Shown in pieces: positions 11,181 to 26,004 of a stretch of 64,000 nucleotides of DNA (the first letter of the stretch is position 1; each line of letters starts with the position of its first letter). This DNA comes from Ophelia neglecta (Eukaryota), in NCBI GenBank assembly GCA_965285935.1, contig OZ260667.1, positions 52,886,001-52,950,000 of the forward strand, in the 5' to 3' direction. The position numbers and the translations under genes are program-made. The notes beneath the pieces were generated by a model. That model saw nothing but the letters and a program-made list of their open reading frames with translations, made no database searches and was not told the origin of the DNA.

Positions 11181-14100
11181 CCGCCGTGTAAGTGGTTCAA
11201 AAACGTGATATCTGTGTGATATTCAACAGCTTATACATTCCTAAATGTCTGTTTGGATTTCATGTATGATATTAGTACTGCATATTTCGCTGTAAACATA
11301 TTCTACATGTGCACGAATCATCAAGGTATTTTCCTACGAGCAGACATATTCCATCTTATTTCAGTCCTGTTCTAAATGTATTTTAGATGACGGGCTTTGT
11401 TTTGTATGTTATATACACCGGAATATTGTTAGTTAAATATCATTAGATTGCTTTAGACGGTAATTTTGCTATACATTTTAAAATTCGTATCAGCTTTTGT
11501 ATTAAATAAGATCAGTATACACTGTGCCCGTCTCTCTTCATTATTAAATAAAAAGATATACGATAACATATACCATTCATACAAAACAGGATACAATATC
11601 TATATGTACAATTAGATATATAGGACATCCCAGATTATCGCTCTTCTTTTTCGAGCAGAAATGAGTAAAAATCTATCTTCATGGATGAAAGTCAGACCCC
11701 CCTCCCCCATAGGGTTAGGGGTCAGCATCCCACGTCTCCCATAAGGTACAAGGTTTTTCTAACGGGCAGGGGGTGGGGATGGGGCGGGGTTGACCTCATG
11801 TCTCCCTATTGTTAATCGTTTGGCTTATTGTTACCGCTGTACGGTAAACTTCGACGCCAACCGGCACTTCTATCTTAACCGACATTACTGTTTTAAACTG
11901 ACAGCACATACATAAACTGTCAATACTGACATAGCCTGGCATTAATGACATTAACTGGTAATACAAGTATAAACTTTCAATACTCTCATCAACTGGCAAT
12001 ACGGGTATAAACTGAATATAATGATATAAATTGTCATTTGTGCCATAAACAGGCAATAGTACTTAATGCACCCATATTATCAATCAAAGACGACATAATT
12101 ATGGGGCCAATATTGGGCTGAAACAAGATTGTTTATTGGTTTCGAAACATATCAAGTTGTAGTTAAAAGCAATTTTTCAACAAGATCCTAACCGACGAAA
12201 TCAACAATGCATTGATTTTGAATAAATATACGTCAACTTCCACACATAAAACTACTCACATCAAATTATAATTTGACCCAGTAAACTGCGGGTTAAATCC
12301 GTTACGAATATGATTATTTGATCAGGCAGAATTGATGCAAAATATGAAATTAAATCTGGAAAATGCTCTTATACTTTTTACTTCTGAATAAGACTTTTAA
12401 AGAAATTGAGAAAATTACGAAAGAAAATATTCAACATCGAATGGCTTATAACAAAACAGTAATATTTTGATAAAAAATGAACAATTTTAAGCAGTCATTT
12501 TGGCTCGTTTTTCAACATGGACGCTTTGTTTTTTATATAAGCCTGGAAACTCTGTCACTTTGAACTGCCGTTCCTTAATGACAGTGGGTGAAGATGGTGT
12601 CATTTCAGCTTGAAGCGCTGTACTTTTGCATCATGAAACTTGGAGATCAAGAGGAAATGAATCTTCAGCCGATATTATCGGTTTACAGGCTATGTAATAG
12701 CTCTTACTGGAAGGTCCCATTAATTTCTTTCACTACCTCTACTGTCAACCCGTTGGTCACCACCATAGAATCTCTAACAAATAATAATCCTGCTGTTAGG
12801 CCTCGGTTACTGGAATATGATATCCATTTACATGCTTTAATGAATTATATTTCCTTCAAATTACACAATACATTCGACGTCTACAAATACCGCCTGCGAA
12901 AAAAGAAAATATTAAGTCTATAAGACTTGTAATTGTAGAATGCAATGCCAGCGAATTGTAACATAATTATTAATTAACACTTTTACTGAGGCAGTTTAAT
13001 ACCTTCATTTTATTGGGAAATCAATAGAAAATATGTTTAACTTATTATGTGAAAGACAAATTGCATATTATTGCCATCAAGCACGAAACGGTGGATACAT
13101 AATAATGACGCGTTTTATAGCCTCAATGTCGTAGTAACGTAGACACATATTGCCTTACACAAACAACACGTGATAGACACTGTCATTTATATTAGCCTGA
13201 ATATATGGTATGATCACTGCACATATACAGTGGACGTTTTGTAATAGGCAAAATCGAAATACATGGCAGAAGCTAAATTATGCAAATTGCAGTCTACAAT
13301 ATCTGGCATTTCACAAATCCAGCGTTGAATGGAGTATAATGAGGTAAATATAAGCCGTTTTTTATTCGATACTATGTTTCAATAACCTTGACGTGCCTCA
13401 ATAATATCCACGTAAGGAAAGTATTCAAATGGTAAGGATTATGAAAACTTCGGAGATAAATTAATGAGCAAGCATGTTCAGTAATCAGAATGTTCATTTC
13501 TACGTATATGTAAAATGTGCGGATAGCATGAGGATTTTCCTTTCTCAATATGCCGATCAAAAGAATGTCAAATTGCATCATTTTCTATTTATCGGCTAGC
13601 ACCGACGGCACTGATTTCGATGTTGAGAAGATCGCTTTTTCCGGCATTTCAAAAATAATCATTTCTCTCATGTCTTTTAATCTCATGCCAATTTAATCCG
13701 TTAGTCGGCAGCACAGCACTTCAATGGAATAGCCAACCAATGATTATATGGCCTGGTGAATATGACCTTTGCGAACTATGGCTATTCGTGAGGGTGGGTA
13801 CCAATGATTTAAAGGTTTACTATCTATTTTGTTATTTGATTTGCAATTGAAATTGGTTCTTTGAATCAAAAATATAAAACAGCAGAAGACAACAATTTAA
13901 ACATATTGGCAGGAGCCCTACTACTATTTATTTATTATGGAGAGGAAAAGAGAGGAAAAATGTAGTGGCACTTAAATCAGGTCCATTTAGTTCCATAATC
14001 GGCAGCGTTAAACATGACCGATAGACTATTCATTCCTAGTTAACATGCATAAGAAAATGACATGCTAAACTTGGGTAATGGGCATATATAAATACATCCT

Positions 14101-15887
14101 GTCTAGACAAGAATAAAACACCGGTAGATTCATCTGCTGAATAGTGTTTCTTACCAATCAATCTGATCCCAGACATTCTATTCGGTCTTATTCCATAATA
14201 TCATCCATATAATGGCAGCAGCAGGCCGTTTAAACCGGAAAAAAATTGATCTTTGGTACCAATATTTAAAAGGGATTTGCTGCGGATCAAGATTTGATCC
14301 GCCCATGCCTGTATTTTACGATGGACAGATGTTATATCATTTGCTTCATCAATGTCATAAAACAACCCCTTAGATTGAAACAACACCTTTTCATAAAGTA
14401 GTTGGCACTAAGCTGCTTTTGGATTGTAATATTGACCCTAATATTAACAAGGAAGTAAAATAAACTAATCATTTTTTTCTTGCGACTGAGAACAAATCAT
14501 TTCTTTCAAAAACACCCTTTATTCTAAGAACTCGTAAGCAAGGCAACATCCGTAGTTTCCGAGTAACATTTAATCCTCAAAACGGACGCTTTCGAGTGTG
14601 TTGCTTGAAATCCGCGGCCTGGATTTTTTTTCGCCAACACAAACAAAAAAACATGTCGAGCAACAGGTATGAAATGTGAATATATTTTGAAAGATACAGT
14701 ATTGCCTCTTAAGAGACAAATATTGCTAAACATCCTTTTTATGAACATTTCCGAGGGGATTTCCCATGGCGCAAGTGCCCTGTACCGTTATGCATTCTGC
14801 GAACTGCCATTTAAACACGTTTCCGCAGTCTGCCTTCACTACTGAACTAAAGTTACCCCTATTACAAGAAAAACGCCGAATATTCTATATTGCAGCACAT
14901 TTGTGCGTACAAATACATCACCACATGAATATCGACGTAATCTGTGCAAAATCGGCTTTCTCAAAAGGCAGTAGAGATTATAGTATATGGGCTGTCCTCT
15001 GTTGACATAGTTACAAATAGCCAGGAGAATGACATTCGTAAGAATACGGCATTACTTCCGGAACACTGGGCAACATCCGGAGCGAATCGTGTTAAATGTG
15101 TGAATAACCGGTATAAAAACCAACAGCTGCTGCAGCTTCCCCCTACCAGAACACGGGACCACTATGGAAATAAGACTCTTTTTGAGATTTTAACCTGTTT
15201 CGTATGTGATACAGTGACAAAGTTAGGCAGGGGCATGTTTATTATTTTCATGGTCGCAGTTTGGTATAATGTTGCTACCTTAAAATGAACACAAATTCAT
15301 CAGAAAAAAAATGCATCGGATTAAACATGCATTTAATCTTAGTACTTCCGATGTAAGTCAAAATATTGGACACGTGTATTTCCTTGCCGTACTATCAATT
15401 AGAGTCTAATAAATCAATAATATGGCCAATTACCTTTAATGTACGTATTGGTTTCGTTCACAAAACAGTTGGAACAGTTTCTCAACAAAATTCTATGAAC
15501 ATGTTGTAGGCGTTTAGTTTTATCAGCCTACCAGCATCATGCACACGTATTGTGGGCTATAATTGATTTTGAGCCACGGAGATTGAAACATGCCAACCTC
15601 AGTTGCTTTATCCAAGATATAGGTGGCGTATTTTATGTGATTCTCTCCACGACCTGAAAAGGGTATTAAGGGTATCAGCAAAATTTACTATGTATAACTA
15701 CATAGTTACAATATCCAATTGTTGCAATTATTGTTGCAGAAGTTTATTGTTACCCTCTTCGATTGTACTCTGACTCGCATCATTGAAAGCGGTTAGCTAC
15801 ATTTTATTGCAAAATTATATCAATTTCAACAGGTATATTCACAGTTGGTAAACTACTTGAGGTTGATGTTCCAGTTGAAGTTTGTAG

Positions 15888-17125
15888 GTCTGCAGCAGAC
15901 GGTTTCTGGAGATACTTGCGGGCCTGCAGCAGTCGGTTTCTGGAGATATTTGGGGACGTTTAGCAGAAGGTTTCTAGGGATATTTGGGGCATGCAGCAGA
16001 CACTTTCTGGAGACATTTTGGGGCATGCAGCAGACGGTTACCAGGGATTTTTGGGGCATGTAGCAGACGGTATCTGGAGATATTTGGGGGCGTATAGGAG
16101 ACGGTTTCTAGGGATATTTGGGGCATGCAGTAGACGGTTTCTGGAGATATTTGGGGGCTTGTAGCAGACGGTTTCTGGAGATATTTGGGGACCTGCAGCA
16201 GACGCTTTCTGGAGACATTTGGGGGCGTGTAGCGGACGGTTACCAGGGATATTAAGGGCATGTAGCAGACGGTTTCTGAAGATATTTGGGGGCGTGTAGG
16301 AGACGGTTTCTAGGGATATTTGGGGCATGCAGTAGACGGTTTCTGGAGATAATTGGGGGCTTGTAGCAGACGGTTTCTGGATATATTTGTGGGCCTGAAG
16401 CAGACGGTTTCTGGAGACATTTTGGGGCGTGTAGCAGACGGTTTCTAGAGATATTTTGGGCATGCATCATACGGTTTCTGGAGATATTTGATGCATGTAG
16501 CAGACAGCTTCTGGAGATATTTGGGGGCGTGTAGCAGACGGTTTCTGGATATATTTGTGGGCCTGAAGCAGACGGTTTCTGGAGACATTTGGGGGCGTGT
16601 AGCAGACGGTTTCTAGAGATATTTGGGGCATGCATCAGACGGTTTCTGGAGATATTTGGGGGCGTGTAGCAGACGGTTTCTAGGGATATTTGGGGCATGT
16701 AGCAGACGGTTTCTAGGGATATTTGGGGGCCTGCAGCAGACGGTTTCTGGAGACATTTGGGAGCGTGTAGCAGACGGTTTCTGGAGATATTTGGGGCATG
16801 CAGCAGACGGTTTCAAGGGATATTTGGGGGCATGTAGCAGACGATTTCTAGGGATATTTGGGGGCATGTAGCAGACGGTTTCTAGGGATGTTTAGGGGCG
16901 TGTAGCAGACGGTTTCTGCAGATATTTGGGGGCGTGTAGCAGACGGTTTCTGGAGATATTTGTTGGTCTGCGGCAGGCGGTCCCTGGCGATGCCTGTGCT
17001 GCTGCACCAGACGGTTTATGATTATGTTTTTGGGCGTGTAGCAGACGGTTTATGATTATGTTTTTGGGCGTGTAGCAGACGGTTTATGATTATGTTTTTG
17101 GGCGTGTAGCAGACGGTTTATGTAG
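15888..17125. repeat. Minisatellite, 33-34 bp unit (~37 copies), consensus GCAGACGGTTTCTGGAGATATTTGGGGGCGTGTA
   Basis: Tandem units are directly visible. The array ends in about 3 near-identical copies of a variant unit, GCAGACGGTTTATGATTATGTTTTTGGGCGTGTA (~17008-17110). Confidence 0.95.
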
Positions 17126-19624
17126 ATGTCTGTGCGCCTGTAGTTTACGGTTTCCATTTATGTATGCATCCAGTTCCTTGTGATATTTGGGGCTTATAGA
17201 TGACGGTATCTGGTGATTTGTGTGGGCCTGCACCGGCCGATTTGTTAGACTGATATCTAACACCGTGACTTTAGAGCTGGGTTCAGAGTCATTACCTACC
17301 CATATGCGTCATTTGAACCCTAGAACTATTGGGGAGATATCTGCTTATTGCCTGCAGTCTATATGGTTCTGTTATAGGCCCTTTACAATTAATCAGACAA
17401 ACATGACTTGATTGATATTCGAAGTGGCGACTGCGGTACATTGACATCTCGAACACATTATGAATGAACATGCTTAGCCAGGCGTTGCAAGCCAGACGGG
17501 CTGCTATCGATTACTGCAAAAATCGACTTTTCGTGTTCATCTCAATCTCTAACAGAAAACAGGAGTATATACTCGGGAGACAGAGCTGAATAATCGTTCA
17601 TGGATAGCCTATTAATTCAGCCAGAAATCATCAGGGACCTTCAGCAGATTTTACTTTCACTGAGAAGAAGTCACTAATTTTTCATAGTTTGAAGCACAGC
17701 ACAGACGAAATAGGCAATGAACGATTATATATCACATGACAAGGGTACCCCTAAGTATCCCCTTGGAGAGTGGCACCCAGACTAAGCTCTCTTGCTTCGA
17801 CCCTTACAGGTTCAGAATGGAGTTAATATCTGCCTTTCATAGTATAAAATTTCCAGTAATAGAAGAAGATATCTCATATGTTGGATTGTCCATCAATCAG
17901 AAATGAAATATGATTTACATATCTAGCCATTGACCCATTCCCAGGGGCAGTGCTTGCCGACTGCTTGTACATTGCTTGTAATGAGACGGGCTGCCGTTAA
18001 AAATTCAGACAGAACAGAAGCTTAAATAATTTCCTGGCATTGAACGATGCTATAGGACACATGTGTCTTAATCTGACAAGCTAACAAGTCGGGCACTACG
18101 CATTCTGTTATTTAGAAACATATAATTTAGTTAGCAAATATGTGAGCATTGTAATAATGTTCACCTGTTGCATGGGAATGACCCCCGTATGATAAACAGA
18201 AACGTTTACCATATTTGCAAACTAGAGCAAAAACATTTTCTCGGTCACAATAAAGAGGTGATCATTTGTAAATATTTTTCTATTATAATGTAGCAAGCAA
18301 ATCAATGCATTTCAGTTTGTAAAATCCTACATTATACTTAGTGTTTATATAATCTTCTATGAACATATGTTAAGATGGATTTTTCAAGAATAAATGGCAC
18401 ATATGGGTTGGCTACAATTCAAAAGTGCCACCTTGTCGCAAAACAATCCGTGAAAAATGTGCAGGGAGAGCATACCCGTAGAATACTTTCAACCGTAAAA
18501 ATTCGAACATTTTGGCAAATATGCCAATGGCTTTAATAATAACATTTTCACGAGTAGATGTGAAAATGGCTCCAGCGCAAAGATAAATAGTCCATGTGTT
18601 TAAAAAAGCAGGTATAAAGAAATCCTTCTTTTGGCCATTCGTGCCAAAAACAGATTATATCACAAAAGAACTCTTCGACACTGAGGCACCAGCTCGTTAC
18701 CCCCTCTCTGTTTCAATGCACTTGGAAGCAGCAATGATTGTCAGCTTTGTCGTTCATTATTGAAGCAGAAATGTAAAAGTGGACCAATTAGGATAATTTA
18801 GGAAGGACAATTAATCACCGTCTAAAAAATCTATGAGAATATTGGAACCCTACAATAATTATATCAGAAAGATGTGCACTTGAAACACTACAGGAACATT
18901 GGAATTCGGGTGTTTTTGACAAAGCAATTAACCGATCAGACCCGATCTTTGAGCATGCAAATTAAATTGGTTGGCTGCAATAAAAACATAAATACGACAG
19001 TATTATTAACACCTGCCAATCTGATACCTTGAGTATAAGCGATAAAACCTTGATGCACATGTCACCCGGTAGAATGCTTGTGCCACAGGCACATTCCTCG
19101 TCAGAAGACGATACCACTGTTGATAAAACGATCGATAGGCTTAGCGTACCATAGAACGACAAACGGCCATAAGGACTTGGCTTGAATTGCATCTGCCACT
19201 TGAGCAGACTGACGCCAGGGCCTCAGCTCTATAGAAAGCGTGATTTGTAGTTCAATCAGACTGATCAATGTGGATCTCAGGTTACAATAAAAACTGCCTG
19301 GGACACATATCGAATAAATACCATCCACGAAGGGTGTGTCATTAATTTCTACTTGCACGCAAATTGATACGTCAGCAGCTATGGATTGACCAAATTAATC
19401 TCATTGATGTCGGCCAAATAAAACTACTGCTTTTGAATTGATGGGGATACATTCGTCTCGAGTCTTAATTATATAAGAGAGCTTTGTCCATCCTACATAA
19501 GACTCTCTTTGTACATATTTTTTTCATAGTCCTAGGTTATCTCTAGCGTTTTTGTTGTGCTCAAACTGGCTTCATGTGTGCAAGTACTCGTTTATTGAGC
19601 CAATACACATTGGATCTCTTATCT

Positions 19625-19683
19625 TGGGAGAGCTTAAATATCATAAAACACTCTCCCAATGCACAATTATTTCATCTCTGTCC
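19625..19683 (-). repeat. Dispersed repeat starting GGACAGAGATGAAATA, followed by a GAGAG..CTCTC stem-loop (copy 1)
   Basis: The same 16-mer occurs at 48625-48640 (+) and 60532-60547 (+), each followed by GAGAG...ATG...TAA..CTCTC. Confidence 0.55.
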
Positions 19684-19859
19684 TACGGTGTCCCCTGACT
19701 TATTTGGTTAATGTGCTTATTTGCGTCTTGGAGAAGTGTCAAACATTTTTATTATATTATAATTGATATCAAAATTAAAGTTGTTTTTTTTTCCATTAGA
19801 ATATTGTTAAGTTCGGAGGGGTATTTGAAGTATTTGATGTGTTGGAATGGCCGCTGGTT

Positions 19860-20300
19860 CATGATGAGTTCGGAACGATTACTGAGTTAAGTTAGATTAT
19901 TGATTTGGATTTGTCTGTTAGGTGTTCACTCCGGGTTTTCCTTTATAGTTTTTTGACATAGTCTGGTGGTATTAATTTAGCTTTATTGATATAGTCGGTA
20001 CTTTATTTGCTACACTATAGGAGAGGTTGGGAATGATATGGGTGAGTTTGCTGCTTACGATTCCCGATATATTGGACAGATGTATTGCCTCAATATGGAA
20101 CACCTCTTTTGTCATATTATCTTCTTCTCGCTTCACAAGACTAGAGAAACAATTGTTACTCATATTATTGATCCACGAGTTTGCCTCATTTGACGGGTAT
20201 CCAGTTGCGATATTTTTGTTATACTGCATGGAACAATTTGCTCTGAAACTAGAATAATTCTCTTTGAAAGCCTTATTTGCCATTCACTGAGGATATGAAA
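19860..20300 (-). mobile_element. Possible degraded Penelope-like element N-terminal relic
   Basis: Translation ..MQYNKNIATGYPSNEANSWINNMSNNCFSSLVK.. resembles the PLE N-terminal P.GL.I.K.....PS......W..IL..CS..L motif; judged by eye. Confidence 0.3.
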
Positions 20301-23300
20301 ATAGTATCTTTTAGACTTTTATATGTCACAACCTTATTTAAAATTTAATTTTGAGTACGATAATCATTTACACATATTATTCGCAAGCAGATGCCAAGTG
20401 AGGATAGCGCGATTAATAAAACAGTAGATGAACCACCAGCTTCGTTAAAGATAATCGACCGAAATGGTAGACTTGAATAGCATCAGATCACACTTGAGAG
20501 AGCCGACACTCTTAAGGGTACAAGACGTATGGCTCCAATCTGATTGATCAATGGTGATCTTAAAGTGGAATGCAAAGTGTATTGTACACACACCTCTGTG
20601 GTAAAGTAATACAATGTGTTGAAGTAATACAGAGACGCAATTTGTGATTCAATCCAGGAATCAAGCTGTCAATACATTCTGCCAGCTTTGATGTGAACGG
20701 TCAGTCAGCTGACGCACCATAGGTCGATGTAGTTTTCCCGCAAATGTAATGGTTTGGTTACTCCAAAATACAGGGCTAGGTGTGGAGTGAGGGGTTGGGG
20801 AGGGGAGGAGGTGGGGGTGGTGTCATTGATTATCACAGAACTGGGGTTATGTCTTCATGCCAACAATTTTAGCCATCACTGTAGCCATGACTATTTGCTG
20901 CTCGGGGCACATTATATATATATTGTACAACGCATTGCTTTGGAAGTGAGTCATTAATTGATATGTTAAAAATGTTCCCTTTTCCTGTCTTCTACTATTA
21001 TATCCTTTTCAATAAACAATAAAACATTGTATAGCATTACAATGAAAAGGTGTGTATGTCATTGTAAACTAATGTAACACTAGTGGCAGATACACATAAC
21101 AGCTAAAAATGTATATTGGCCTCAAACTATAATTGATACATACTTTTCGAAAACTAGTCTTAGTCATAAAATACAAATAACTGAATATGATTCTGCCACG
21201 TGGAAGCCTGCAGGCAAAATAATTGTCGGTTACAGTTCAACTCTACCTATCTGTCATCCGAATTAATTACAGATAATGAATCCGCTCGGGAAAACCGAGA
21301 AAGGCGAGACACGTCTCACAATATATGCCTTTTGTGACGTTAGGCTTAGCCTCCAGCATTCTTTGTCATTAAGATACGTTTCCATTTCTATCAAACGGGG
21401 AAAAAAGCTTTGGCTTAAACAGCGTACTCTCTAGATATAAGCTCCATCATAGGTAGATTATTCTTTTTTTGTTTGCCCTAAACAAAAACATAATGTAACC
21501 TGCTCCTCGCAGGTATGTTAGCTGTTCTTATTAGACGGATGTAGTCGCTGAAAAATTCTGCTGCACGGCGGATAATTACAGTTCACACTAAGACTTGTTT
21601 CTATGCATTGGCTGTTAATTTCCCAGCGGACCAATTTTAACACTCCCTGCTTGTATTTACTGTTCTAAATGACATTGCTGATGATGACCATCAGAAATGA
21701 CTTTTCGCTCGGCAAGTAAACCAAGGTTATTCATGTACGAATCTTACAGTGTAGTAAAGGCATAAACCCAATTTTAGTTTGCATGTGTTGCCTTAAACCT
21801 ACCAAAACTTGTGCTGTGTCACATTACATTTGAGTTTTTTCTAGCCTTTTTCCCAAATGGTCGTTAATAGTATTGTGTTAATTATGATTATATAGAATAT
21901 CAACAGCTGAGGCAGCTTCTCTTACCGCTTCTGAAAGACTGTATGAACTGTCATTGTTTTCAGTGCAATGTTTGCAGATTTGTGGCACGTCTGTTCCCAA
22001 GTCCGAAAAAAATCGTTGCTGTATTTGATAACCAAAGGGGGCTTGTATGATTTTGCCGCCATCGGACAAATTCTGACAGGAGCATGGACATTATTTCATG
22101 GACGCTGTCTACTTACGAAAATGAATACAGAAAGTATCAGAAAAATAAATGCTACAGAATTAACACGCCAAGAATTCCCGGGTAAGTCGCAACAATGGAC
22201 ACATGCATGTCTTCATTGCCGTACTGTACATTGGAGTCCACGAACATCAATAATATGGGCAATTACCGTAAACATAAAAATCTATTCGTTCTCCATACAA
22301 TTGTAACAATATGTCAACATTTATCATTTACCTGTTGTATGAGCTCGGCTATACCAGCGGCTTTGCACCATGCACACGTATTGTGATCCACGGAGAATTA
22401 CGCCAAGGCAATTAATTCAGACGCATGGTGTGAGTAAACCCTCATGTAGTAGATCTATAGCGATTTAAAGAAACATTATTAACATGATAATTGGGAATAA
22501 TCTTCTGATTAGTTTCTGTTGCCAACATCTCTATTAATTTAATGTAAATGTAAAGCCGCATTCTAGGTAGATATGTTTATCTTTAAGGTGAGTTAGTCTG
22601 TATTGGGGTATAATTTATAATGATTCATTGCTTTATTTGTAATACTTTTAGCTTGCATGGCTTTTAGCGCAATAATATTAAAAATAAATATATAATAACG
22701 ACACGCCACGTTTGCATGGAGAAAGGAATGATTGGCTGGTTGCCTAATGATGACATGACTTCCTTATTAGACATCTGCTATAAATATATCTGTATATAAA
22801 AGGCATATGACATTACTATACGTAATATGAGGCATGCCAAAATCTCTTCCTCCGACGTCATTTATATTGCTTTATGGCACGCACTGTTCATTATATAAGC
22901 CACTTCTGCAACACGCCGGTCAAAACCAACACTTCCTTCTTGGCAACTGCTCCTGCCATTAATTAACGAGCATGCACGAGCGAGGAGGCTTTTATAAAAG
23001 TCACAAAAAATAAGCGCATGTTACGATGTGGTGTTCAGTTCACTCTTTATAAGATATGAACCAATGTATGTGTATGTACATGACATGTTATCTGATTTAT
23101 CGTCCATATGAACAATTATTATTGAAAGCAACAGAGTATTTTGGTAGCAGCATCAATGAAATCCATATAACATCAATTAATCTCGGAAAGCTACAAAATG
23201 TTAGTCTTTAGCAAAACTATAATATATTGCTTGTGATAAGAACTGACATGACAACAGAACTGACCATGATTCAACGTAAACAACAGTGCTAAAATTGTCA

Positions 23301-26004
23301 GATCTTAATGGATTTCGGTACATGGGGTCGCAGGTGTGGCCATTCGTGAGCTAAAGAGCAGACTGATTGTTTTGCCTCGTGTCGTATACGGCCCGGTTGT
23401 CGGGAAGGGGATATACCATAGACATTGATTGAGCCGAGATAGAGCAAAGACATTCGACTAATGTAATAATCTGCCATGGCGTGCACTGCCCACATCATTA
23501 ATTTTGGCTGGAAATGTAAAAGACGATGGCTTGGTCCACAATTATAATATATTACATACTGATCAAAGGCAAAATTAGAAATGGCGGCAAAATTAGTAAG
23601 TATGTCATTGTTCTATCGGTACTGAGCATATGTAAATGTTCACAATACATTCTGGACTAATTATCTTTGACTACATTTCTCAAATGTTGAGAATTCAATT
23701 CTGATGCACGTGTCACATTCTTCATTATATTCATGGAAACATCCCCTCAATGAAATAAACATTGTAGCCATTTTAGTACTCCTCAGAAACAGATTATTGA
23801 TGTCAACAATATCACAAATCAGCTTACGTCAATCACTGTTCCCGAGTATCATTTTCAATGAAAGTCCTTAGCATCAGCAAAAATATATATTCAATCAAGA
23901 AAACAGGTCAATTAATGTAGGTAGCTAGAGCCAAATATTGTGAGAAAAGGGGAAGCAAATCAACGACGATCAATGTAAGCATCTACTAAGGTTTATGAAA
24001 ACTACCGATCATTTGTCATTAAGAACATTTTAACTACAAAGCAGGTGTTTCACAAAAGTATGGAGATTGATTCTTATGATAAGCAAATGCTCTTCGTAAA
24101 TTCATGTGTATTAACTTATAAATACAAACATATTAATTCACCAATAAATTGGACTGATTGTTAGTTATATGCATCTATCGCGACCCTTTAAGACACGCTT
24201 GGGACCACATTTGATTGCCGCTCGCTTCCTTAAAAAAGGCTACGCCATTGGCAACTTCTAACCAACATTAACTCTAAGTTTTGGACCCATCGATTCGAAC
24301 AGCGTAAAACCCACATTTTAAAGTGGGGTCTTATTCACCGTTTTTTCAGATATACTATATTGTTTTAGATTATTGTTTATTGGAACTAATAGACCAACTA
24401 GTCAAGCCTGGACCATAGTTTGGACCACATATGCCTTGTAAGTTCTAGGCATTTTTTGTGCCCGATCTGCTTTAGAAGATACAATATTGCTTGTTGTGTT
24501 CGGACCGATATAAAGAACTTTTCCTGATCAATAATAGCACCCTGTCTTCCGGGTTTTCAATACCGATCTGTACTACAAAAGATGTGATGTGCCCGGAGAT
24601 TTGCAAAGTACCTTTTGTGATTTCTTTATGAAAAATAAGGGAATAATCCTCTCAGATATATATAATGAAGTAGATGGACATTACATTATATTATTCGGTA
24701 AAAGCCAAATCGTATCCTAAAACTTACGATTGCTTAGACTATAACAAATATTATTGCTAAAAATTACACTGAAACATGTGTTATGTAACCATGGTAGTGC
24801 TTTAGCTGTCGAAAAAGTCAATTCGGGGACTGTATCTAGTGAATCGATAATGTTGCTGCCTGGTTAATGGACCAATTACTAATATCCCAGAAGGAAATTT
24901 TATGCCAGTTCAGATCTCATGCCCGATCACATCCTTATTGAGTCTGACTGGATTTAAAAGCTGCTTGTCATTTTGAAGCAATTGATCCACGCACTCTTCG
25001 GCATGTAATGCGACCATGGATGCAAAAAAAACACAGGTGATAAATGGGGATTTCCTTTATAGGCGGAAGGAAGGGCGTATCCAAGCCAACTGATTATATT
25101 AACTTGCTTCAGTAATGGGGTCACCTGCCTGGAAGCTCTCCTGGAGTACATTTACTGACACTTACCCCAACCCGAGGGCCTGCCGGTCTTATACACTATT
25201 TATTTTAGATCCTCCGGTTTAATAACCCCAGTATACCCAGTTCCTAGCTTTTAGTTTCTAAGGACGTGGAATATTTACAAACATGTATTTTTACTTCGCA
25301 AGCTCGTTCCAATGCTTTCTTCTACTTCCTTAGATATTTGTCAATTGTATATCAATTAAGCAGTGGGGCTCTGTGTAAGTACTTGACAAAAATAAACCAT
25401 TAATGCTAGCAAAGTAAGCGGTCTGGCCATCCATTTGGCTCAGCTTACCACCATCAGGGTAATGTGACAAAACCCGCTAGTCTGCCGGATAAAATAATAC
25501 TTAGATGGGCAGCCTTGGCTCTCAGAGGAATCCTCTTTCCTCCTACTGTTTGACGAGGATAAAATATCAAGAGGCAATCTCGACACAATCTTATCTCTTC
25601 TGTCACTGGCATTGCGATGGGTAAAGCCGGAGACTAACTCGAGCACATTGATCAGGCTCGAGCACAGCCGTTCACTGCACACACAGATGCCCCATTGCCA
25701 TAGATTTATGATAGCGAGCAGCTATCTGCGTCTTCACAGCCGGAGCGGGTCGTGTGTCGGCGCTTTTCACACCCTTTTCTCACGCGTTAAGTAATGGATA
25801 TTGTTGATGTTTTTTTCTTTTGCACTCAACATGAAAAAATTAAAATTCATATCATCCTACTCTATTACATTCAAACAAGAACATATTTGCTTCCCTGCAT
25901 CAAACGGCAAATTGAAATGTAGATTTATGACAAAATTATTTATGATTATCAAACGGGGAATTCACTCATTGAATATTTTCCTAATTTTTGACCAGAACTT
26001 AAAG

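Noticed and set aside
11696-11795. C-rich/G-rich block resembling 63481-63570
   Set aside because: Similarity is limited to low-complexity CCCCCTCCCCATAGG; no definable TIR or TSD.
14201-15288. Short ORFs with protein-like composition
   Set aside because: No recognisable motif or consistent splice structure; possibly TE debris.
15888-17125. CRISPR-like array or Pro-rich repetitive protein ORFs
   Set aside because: The units are contiguous variants of one monomer with no unique spacers and no cas genes, in a eukaryotic context. The ORFs shift frame with the 33/34-bp units and are by-products of the repeat.
15538-22385. 17-bp exact match CATGCACACGTATTGTG (15538 and 22369), each followed by CCACGGAGA
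   Set aside because: Probably fragments of an old repeat; too short to define an element.
25440-25800. Possible minus-strand first exon (donor GTG|GTAAGC near 25449)
   Set aside because: No partner exons or protein homology can be identified from the sequence alone.
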